From NCBI GenBank assembly GCA_964016885.1, contig OZ024754.1, forward strand, positions 37,696,001 through 37,760,000: a DNA stretch of 64,000 nucleotides, written 5' to 3'. Position numbers and translations under genes: made by a program. Source of the DNA: Eledone cirrhosa (taxonomy: Eukaryota). The notes beneath the pieces were generated by a model. It was not told the origin of the DNA. It saw nothing but the letters and a program-made list of their open reading frames with translations, and did no database searches. Below are positions 54,517 to 64,000 of this stretch, in pieces. Within the stretch, counting starts at the first letter, position 1, and the number at the start of each line of letters is the position of its first letter.

Positions 54517-55385
54517 TCATCATCCTCATTTTACGTCCCCTTTTCCTTGCTTGCAAGGGTTGGACGGGTCCTATTCAGCATCTCTCCACTTGTCACGGTC
54601 CTTCGTCATCTCGGTGAGTTCCAGCGATCTGAAGTCTGCTCTCACCACCTCCACCCATGTTTTTTGTGGTCTACCTCTACTGCGTCTTCCTTCTACTGGA
54701 ATTTCTTGGCACTTCTTTACCCAGCTTTCATCCTCCATGTGCATATACCCAGTTTCTCTCTCAACTTGACATTGCACATCCAACGGAGCATACTAGCTTT
54801 ATTTCTCTCCAGCCGTCGCATATCTTCTGCAGTTGCTGCCCATGTCTCACTACCATGCAGTATCGCGCATCTCACACAGGCATCATATAACCGTCCTTTC
54901 GTACGCAGGGAGAAATCCTTCTTTGTCAAAAGAGGAAGCAGCTCCCTAAACTTCTTCCAACCCGTCCTCATTCTAGATACTATGGCCTCGAAACACCTCC
55001 TCCCATGCTAATCTGATCACCTAGGTACCGGAAGCTATCAACCACTTCTATAGAACCCACCTGCATTGGAAAAATGCGTTTACTACTGCCAACTTTCCCT
55101 GTACATCTACTGCATACGTAGTTTACCCTACCTGTTAGTTTGCCTGCTATCCCCCTACATTTCTTGTGTACCCAAGATCTGCAATGCGTACATCTTATGG
55201 AATTTATGTCAGTTCCTTTCCTACATATCGAACATGGCCATTTCACCGATGGAATCAGAGTTTTGTCCTCTTATCTACTTATCAACACTTTTGTTTTAGC
55301 TATGTTCACTCTCAGTCCTCTTGATTCCAACTGCTGTTTCCATAGCCAGAATTTTTTCTCTAGCTCCTCTACTGATTCTGCTATA
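54517..55385 (-). mobile_element. RTE-clade LINE 3' fragment with Cys/His finger
   Basis: KWPCSICRKG..NSIRCTHCRSWVHKKC...FRYLGD...[15 protein letters not shown]...LHGSETWA...GRPQKTW, (GAT)n tail. Confidence 0.92.
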
Positions 55386-55389
55386 AGAA

Positions 55390-55451
<62 letters not shown>

Positions 55452-57026
55452 CAAATAGTTTATCACTACTCTACATGGCTGAATATAATAAATATAATCT
55501 GTGTTTTTCGAATATAAATAATAATATTTGATTCGTTTACAATTCTGCAAACAGCCTCTTTAAAGCCATGTCAGTAGACTGACACCGTCATTCTTGCTCT
55601 TGTGTTGGCATGTCAACAGAACTGCAGACACTAATGTTTCTGGGTGATTACTCGTCATCAGTACAGTTCACTGTTCACCTGCCAACTGTCAGAGCTAGTG
55701 AAAATATATGATATATTCTAAAATATACAGTGACTGATCGGCCTGATTTGCATATTAGGAGACTTCTTGATCAGTCAGATCTTCATATTAGCAGATCCAC
55801 TGATCAGCCAGATCCGCATATCAGCAGATAGGCCACTCAGTCTCATGTATACGAGCGATTAATGGCCGGCTTTGCCATATTCAAATAACAAAAAAATATA
55901 GTTTATCGCTGTTTACATGCCAACACAAGAGAACGAATGACGTCGTCATTCTACTGACATGGCTTTAAAGCGGCTGTTTGCAGAATTGCAAACGAATCGA
56001 ATATTATTATAAGGCAAAGTTAACCTCCCGCCAAGGTTAACTTTGCCTTTAATCCTTCCGGGGTTTATAAAATAAAGTACCAGTAATACACAGGGTAATT
56101 GCTGGCTTATATATATATATATATAAATGAACTTTTTTTGTTTAATATAAGGAACTGTTTCATTGTTTTATTCATTATTTTTTTAATATTTTATCTTGAC
56201 TCTGTATTCCGTTTATCTTTCACCGAAAGTGATTTTTGAATGCATCTCTTCTTTCCATGATATCCGGATTACATTGAGTTCTTCATACGGATTGGACACT
56301 ACCGTAAACTCTTGGTAGATTTATCTACATATATATATATATATATATATTCGGAAGTTGCGTTTCGCTAATTTCTACCCGCCGAAATGCGAATCTGGCT
56401 AAATTTATATTTGTATTAATCTCCCAAGTCTAGCGATTAACCAGTTAATTTGGGGGGGGGGGGGGGGCTTTTTTAGTTAATTCTATTGACTGATTAATCA
56501 CTTACGTTTATTTTAAAAACCACTTTGTCGAGAGCTTAATTCGTTTTGTGCTAGTTTTGCAAATTTTTGCAATAACTACACACTGGCCAAAATATGTGTT
56601 TTCATACCCTGTGAGAATCTGGCGCACGAAGAACAAATTGCCTGTTGAGAAAGTGATTCCTTTTTCGATCATTATACCAAAAGCTTATTATTTTTTATAA
56701 GCAGACAGTATTATTGACTTAGGTGTCGCAGAAACCCTATATCGGAGTATACCATCTTCCCCGAGGGTCCGGGTAACTAATTCAACCATCGTCTCAGTTT
56801 TGTATGACCTTTTTAACTTATGTTTATAGCTCTGGTAACTTCATATCCATAGAGCGCTTGTCAACACAATTCGGAAGTTGCGTTTCGCTAATTTCTACTC
56901 ACCAAAATGCTATTCTCGCTAAATTTATATTTACACTTTTTTCCTAATATCTTGTCCGTATGTGGTTGACGGCTGAGAAGAAAGAGTAATCATATTCATA
57001 TATTCATTCACTTTTCAGAAATTGCA

Positions 57027-57254
57027 ATGTCTGAAGGTCAAGGCGGAAAGAAGGAACAGAAGAAAGTAACAATCCGCTGGTTTGAACGCTCAGAATTGCC
57101 ATTAATTTTCTTCACCCCTGTGATGCTCTTGTCCCAGACACTCTTGCATTACTACGTGGACTGGCGAATAGGAAAGAATTACTATCGAAAGCAAAATACC
57201 GTCTTCTCTACGTCTTGTAACCGTCGCTTCCAGTTCTCAAAAAATCAACATAAG
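57027..57254 (+). CDS. SLC46/PCFT-like transporter, copy 2, first coding exon
   Basis: Near-identical to 23626-23856 with one in-frame codon deletion; donor AAG|GTAAGA intact. Confidence 0.78.
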
Positions 57255-59006
57255 GTAAGATGAAAGATATTAGGAAAAAAGTGTAAACCATAGCCAGAAT
57301 CAGTTCTGTATGAACAAGACACGGTCATCTGATCTGGCTTGTCACACAACGGGCCAACTCGTCTAACCCATGCTAGTATGGAAAAATGGACATTAAACGG
57401 TCACAACGTCGACAATGATGATTATGATGAGGAGGATGAGGAAGAGGAGGAAGAGGATATGATGATGATGATGATGATGATAACTGTGTAGTTAAGTAGT
57501 TCGCTTTCCAATAATATGATACCGGGATAACAAATGTTATGCGCTGACGTTCTCATTCAAGCCCCCTTATATCTACTTGGTAGAAGGAGTTATTCTCCTT
57601 GACCATTGAAATGCCATGACGGACACAGTCAAACGTCTAGATTGGCACCCCAGCGACTAGCTGCACCAGTTACGAGAGAACTTGGTTAATAAAAAAGCAC
57701 ACGTGCGTATTCAGTGAGCCACTTTTGAGATGTTCTGGTCAAGGGGTGTCTCACGCGTTAGAGAGGTTTAAAAAGGGAGGTAATTATTGATAAAGATGTA
57801 TGTGTGTGTGTTTGTGAAATTATATAGCTTGTATTCAATACATGTGTGAATGTGACGTCCGAAGAGATATTTAATTTGTTGGAAATCCAACAAATATAGA
57901 TGTTTATAACTGATTCAGAGCACTCGACAATTTTCTGGAGTAAGTATTCAATGATATTAAATAAATGGAAACTATATTTATAAAACCATATTTATTCTAT
58001 TATATATATTTCAAGGGTACCAACATTTTGGTACACTATCTTCAGATAAAATACAAAATGTTTCATAAATATTTGACATGACCATTATCTGAAGATAGTG
58101 TACCAAAATGTTGGTACCCTTGAAATATATATAATAGAATATATATGGTTTTATAAATATAGTTTCCATTTATTTAATATCATTGTATTTATATATATAT
58201 TAGAAAATGTGTGAGATCCTTGGTACAGCTAGATATACTCAAAATCCCTCAATAATTAAACCCGAGATATGTAAAAGCTCCAGAGTCTTTCAGTCGGACA
58301 TGAAAAATAAAAAAATATATGTATATATGTATATATGTATATATGTATATATATATATGTACATATTTATATGAATATATGTATATATATATATGTATAT
58401 GTATATATATAGTATCTAGAATAGTATCTAGAATAAGGACGGGTTGGAAGCAGTTTAGGGAGCTGCTTCCTCTGTTGACGAAGAAGGGTTTCTCCCTGCG
58501 TACGAAAGGCCGGTTATATTATGCCTGTGTGAGACCCGCGATGCTGCATGTAGTGAGACATGGGCAGCAACTGCAGAGGATATGCGACAGCTGGAGAGAA
58601 ATGAAGCAAGCATGCTCCGTTGGATGTGCAATGTCAATGTGCGTGAACGACCAAGCATAGATGATTTGAGTGAGAAACTGTATAAGAGGGATAAGTTGTG
58701 GTGTACGGGGGGAAAACTGAGATGGTATGGACATGTGATGCATGGAGGATGACCGCTGGGTAAAGAAGTGCCAAGAAATCCCAGTAGAAGGAAGATGCGG
58801 TAGAGGTAGACCACGAAAAACATGGGCGGAGGTGGTTAGAGCAGAACTCAGATCGCTGAAGCTCACGGAGGAGATGATGAAGGACCGTAACAAATGGAGA
58901 GATGATGTGCTGAATAGGACCCGTCCCACCCTTGCAAGCAGGGAAAAGCGGACGTAAAATGATGATGATGATATTTCTTGGTTGTTTTTATGTTCATATA
59001 TGTGTT

Positions 59007-59112
<106 letters not shown>

Positions 59113-60886
59113 GTGATACATATGATATATAGCTGTATAGATGAGTGTTGAATGTGTGTGTCTATAAGTGTGTATGTATACGTAATTTCCTGTATGGGTT
59201 AGCCGTATATATTTGTATATTGCTCCATCTGGTTCTTTAACACACTTCCTTCGTGGTAAATAAGAACTTTTGGATTAGGACAATGGGATTGATGAGTTAA
59301 TATCTGTATACAACAACTACAACGGTACGCGATGGGGCCCACCCATAGTCCCGGCGGACAGAATGGAAAAGGCGTTTCCCCGGAGGACGGGAAGGGAGAT
59401 GCGCTGGAAGAGCCACTCCAACTCGCGGAGCTCACACCTGCGGTTGGCCAGCTCAGCGCCTATTGTGGTGCGGGAAGATGGTCATGCCATCTGGCCTTTT
59501 GCCGTCCCCTCGATCCAGCCCCACCGTCTCGAGCTGGGAAGGGAATCCTGCATCGATCAAGCCATGCTTAATGACCTCGTTGAGGGCAGCATGGGGTTAC
59601 ATTCACGGCTTGTTACGCAACGCTGAGATTTTTATGATGAAATATGCTGTGTTAGGAGATGGTCATTTCCTTTCACACCCACTCGCCCTACCTCCACCAC
59701 ATACACTATACATGCCTGACGTTGTATGCTAACCACTCCCTTGTGCATATAAGATAGAGAAGATACGGGGCAGACGGATGTACCGTAAACCGTATTGTAG
59801 GCAACCCGTCTAGGAGAGCTACCACTAAGTCCCCTAAGTCCTGTAAGACAACTTCCCTAGTGCTGGTTGCACGAATAAAAGCACCTGGTCCATGCTATAA
59901 AATGGGGGTGGGGTGGGGGTGGAGAGGGCGCCTGAGTCCAGTAAGACAAACTCTCTAGTGCTGGTGGCACGAATATAAGCACCCAGTCCATGCTGTAAAG
60001 TGGGAGTAGGGTGTGGTGGGAGTGGAGAGGGCCCCTGAGTCCAGTAAGACAAACTCTCTAGTACTGGTGGCGCGAATAAAAGCACCCAGTCCATGCTGTA
60101 AAGTGGTGCTGGTGTTAGGAAGGGCATCCAACCATTATGTATTAATGCCAAATCAATTATGAGCACAACAAATAAGTATCGCAATAACTGCGTAAACAGT
60201 AATAACACTAACCAAGTTAGGGCTGCGTACGGTAGTGGGGTGGCTGGTGCGGCCATGTGCAAGAACACCCCGACCCTCATCAAGCAATCACACAACAAGA
60301 ACATAATGATATATATATATATATATATCATCATCATCATCATCATCATCATCAGTAATGTCTATCCTCCGAACTAGCATGGGTTGGACGGGTTTGTCCC
60401 ACTTGAGGCAAGATTGTTCAATTAAAGATATTTAGAATCAGCCGACTTTTATATAACAGATGTCAAGCACTCAACGGTATTTGTTCATCTGGAGTTTTGT
60501 TATAATAATTGTTTCTACATTTGGCACAAGGCCAGCAATTACTCAGTACATTACTGGTACTTTATTTTATCGACCCCGTAAGGATGAAAGGCAAAGTTAA
60601 CCTCGGCGGGATTAGAACTCAGAATGGCAAGGACCGTAACTCACTGCGTCAAAGCATGGTTCCCGAATCTCTACCGATACTGCCAATCCACTGCCCTACT
60701 TTAGTCCATCCCTATTTATTTTACTATACGTATTTCGAAGACGTATGGCTTGTTTACAACATAAGACAAAACATGTTCTCTTCAGATAAAATCCACAGGA
60801 GATTTATGTTATACATATGCCATACATCTTCGAAATACGTACAGCAAAATAAATAGGGATGGACTAAAGTAACTGTCTCTTTTGTT

Positions 60887-61087
<201 letters not shown>

Positions 61088-61287
61088 GTGAGGGTTTTTT
61101 TACAAAATGAAAAATAACCGAGGTGTCCTACACGAGTGAAAGTATAAAGAAAAAGAGATGAAATCGAAAATGCAACTGGAGTCTTATTTTTTTTTTAAAT
61201 ATATATATTTATTTGGTTCCTTTACCGGTTTCGCAGTTCTTCTGCTTTTCAAAAGGTGAGTTGAGATGGAGGGTTTGTGGTTTTTCT

Positions 61288-61364
<77 letters not shown>

Positions 61365-61967
61365 AATTAGTATATCTACCAACATATATATACAGATGTA
61401 TACCTATGCTAGCAAATATATAGGTTTTGTCTTAGTAACTTTGTGATTCAATGCAAGGGGATACAGAACAATAATATGAAAGACGTAAAATAAGAAAATT
61501 ATAAAAATTAACTTACTAAAATTTCACTCCAACTAATTAGTTTCTGAAAGGGAATAAACATGGTTTCCGAATGGAACAACATGGAGAAATCCTTTCGTCA
61601 TCAGATAAGTCTATTCTCAGCTAAGTTTCCAGGCAATGCGTGGACACAGGGAACTTATACAAAAATAATTCAGTGGATGGAAAAAAGCAAAGCGTTAGTA
61701 AGTAAGTTAATTTTTATAATTTTCTTATCTTAAGTCTTTCAACTTAGTCCACGCTTTGCTTTTTTCCATCCACTGAATTATTTTTGTATAAGTTCCCTGT
61801 GTCCACGCATTGCCTGGGAACTTAGCTGAGAATAGACTTCCCTGATGACGAAAGGATTTCTCCATGTTGTCCATTCGGAAACCATGTTTATTCCCTTTCA
61901 GAAACTAATTAGTTTGAGTGAAATTTTAGTAAGTAAGTTAATTTTTATAATTTTCTTATTTTACGTC

Positions 61968-62044
<77 letters not shown>

Positions 62045-62929
62045 GGAAGATGCTAAATTGTCGGTTGTCCTCGGGCCTATGATTTTCAGCACCATGGATT
62101 TTATCTGTTACATTCATTTATTATATTTCGAATACCTGGTGATATCACCGGATTCATACGGAACCCGGTCATTGAAATGATCATAGTATAATAAACCTTT
62201 CAAGGATTTACACAAGTCCAGCCTCCTGTTACTTTATTATAATATTTAACTCCGTACTCGCACCACCAACTACACAAACGAAGACGGTTGAACTGCTTTA
62301 CGTTGAGTACTCTCCATATTATTACATCAAGATTGACGATACGGAATTGACCAGCTCTATCCAGTGGTGAACCTTCAAAACTAAATAAATATATATATAT
62401 ATATTTGAAGTATTTCCGTAGGAAAGGTAAAGGAAAAGAGAGTGCTCTGTGTAGGCTACAGAGCTTTTTAGTTATGCAATAAACAACATAAGATAATTAT
62501 TTCGTTTACCAAAGGTTTCACGAAAACAGACAAGCTTGGCACATACGTCTGCCTTCAATCGTCAGAACGAAATGAATTTTATTAAAATGGAAGTGAGGTA
62601 TGGATGTCAAAACAGCGTCTAGGTCCACCAGTGATGCCATTGATAGCGTTGGCTACAAATAAAACCCCCAATGGAAGTGTATTATAGATCGTCACTGCAC
62701 TTAAAACAATTTTCATGATATTGCCGTAATACATTCACTGAGCGAAGTATCTGGTTGCAAATACGGCATGCTGGTGTCTTCGACCGGCACTATCATGAAA
62801 ATCGTTTTAAGTGCAGTGACGATCTACTATACACTTCCATTGGAGGTCTTATTTGTAGCCAACGCTATCAATGGCATCACTGGTGGACCTAGATTCTGTT
62901 TTGAAATCCATACCTCAGCAGAGTCTAGC

Positions 62930-62969
<40 letters not shown>

Positions 62970-62980
62970 TTGTGTGTATG

Positions 62981-63011
<31 letters not shown>

Positions 63012-63808
63012 TTAGTTCAAGGAGATAAACATATATATATATATATATATATACTACTAAAACTCTCCGATTGCTTGCTTGTCTGTAATGTAATACAGCC
63101 AAAAAGGCGCATAATGGGAAAATACTTTGGAAGAAAGTTGACCCTGAAATGGGAATACAAATGGAATAAAATAAGATATGGGGTTTTCCCGAGATATGGG
63201 GTTTTTCCCGGTACCTTCATAAACAGAGTGAGAGAGAGGGGGGCGGGGAGAAAGATAGAAAGAAAGAGATAGTGGTTGTGAGAGAGTAGATTGAAAGTGA
63301 GAGGGAGAGGAGACAGAGAAAGAAAATGTAAGAGAAAGAGAGAATTCGTGTTGTTGTTGTGTATATATGTGTGTGTGTGTGTGTGTGTCTATGACCAGTG
63401 TATATAGATCACAGGCACCCATATATATATACATATACACACACATGCATGTATATATATGTCTACATACACACACGTATATATATGGTCCTTCCAGTTT
63501 CATTTTACATTATATACATGTCTGTATATTTTAATTATTTAAAAATTATTTTTAAGTGAACATGATTTAAAAAAAATATTCTGAACCAAGCGTGACCCAA
63601 CAGGTCACGTGTAGTCTAGTATCTATTATTCTCTCTGTTATTCACCAACTCTCCAAATACCACTGGTATTTTATCAAGTTACCTCTTCAATTTCCCCTCT
63701 CTATTGAAGAGCTCTATACATCCACTTCCCATTACCGTCCCTGACATTATTTCACACTTGTGTTCTTTCTTCCTCTCTCACATTTATTTTTTGTTTTATC
63801 TTTATTAG

Positions 63809-64000
63809 GTGCAACGTTTGACAGCTTTATGGATAACAGATATGTTAGCTTTGGAATCCTTTCTGAGCTTTTTTACAATAGTCGTAATACATTTACTGAG
63901 CGAAGTATATGGTCGCAAATTCGGCATGCTGGTGTCTTTGAGCGGCACTATCATGAAAATCGTTTTAAGTGCAATGACGATCTACTATACACTTCCATTG
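63809..64000 (+). CDS. SLC46/PCFT-like transporter, copy 2, start of coding exon 2 (runs off window)
   Basis: ttattag|GTGCAACGTTTG..., near-identical to 30915 onward, frame open. Confidence 0.85.
   Translation, partial: MQRLTALWITDMLALESFLSFFTIVVIHLLSEVYGRKFGMLVSLSGTIMKIVLSAMTIYYTLPL

Overview
Repeat-rich animal genomic DNA. The SINE/RTE/Penelope repertoire and heavy (TA)n/(CA)n/(CATA)n content look cephalopod (octopus-like); that is an inference. The window covers about two copies of a ~32-33 kb tandem segmental duplication. Each copy has: (i) a long array of ~158-161 bp units separated by (CATA)n (1-21540 and 44170-53340), running at its 3' end into a frameshifted ORF fragment resembling the N-terminus of an R4/Dong-type non-LTR retrotransposon; (ii) RTE-LINE, SINE, Penelope-like and Helitron debris; (iii) a spliced SLC46/PCFT-like MFS transporter gene on the + strand (four coding exons in copy 1, first two in copy 2). 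Most unusual: (a) each array unit parses as a 75- or 78-nt open, phase-1/phase-1 cassette between a branch-point/AG and an AG|GTAAAC donor, and the cassette varies more than the 'intron'; (b) the transporter pre-mRNA carries an intronic fold-back copy of its own exon 2, a perfect 24-bp inverted repeat around its first coding exon, and a near-identical inverted SINE pair around exons 2-4; (c) a (TATG)n-tailed RTE-derived element with a twin-priming-type inversion is built into the array's higher-order repeat; (d) several minimal hammerhead ribozyme motifs occur in Penelope-derived elements. Nearly all short ORFs in the supplied track are microsatellite/satellite artefacts. Repeat boundaries and identities were read by eye and are approximate.
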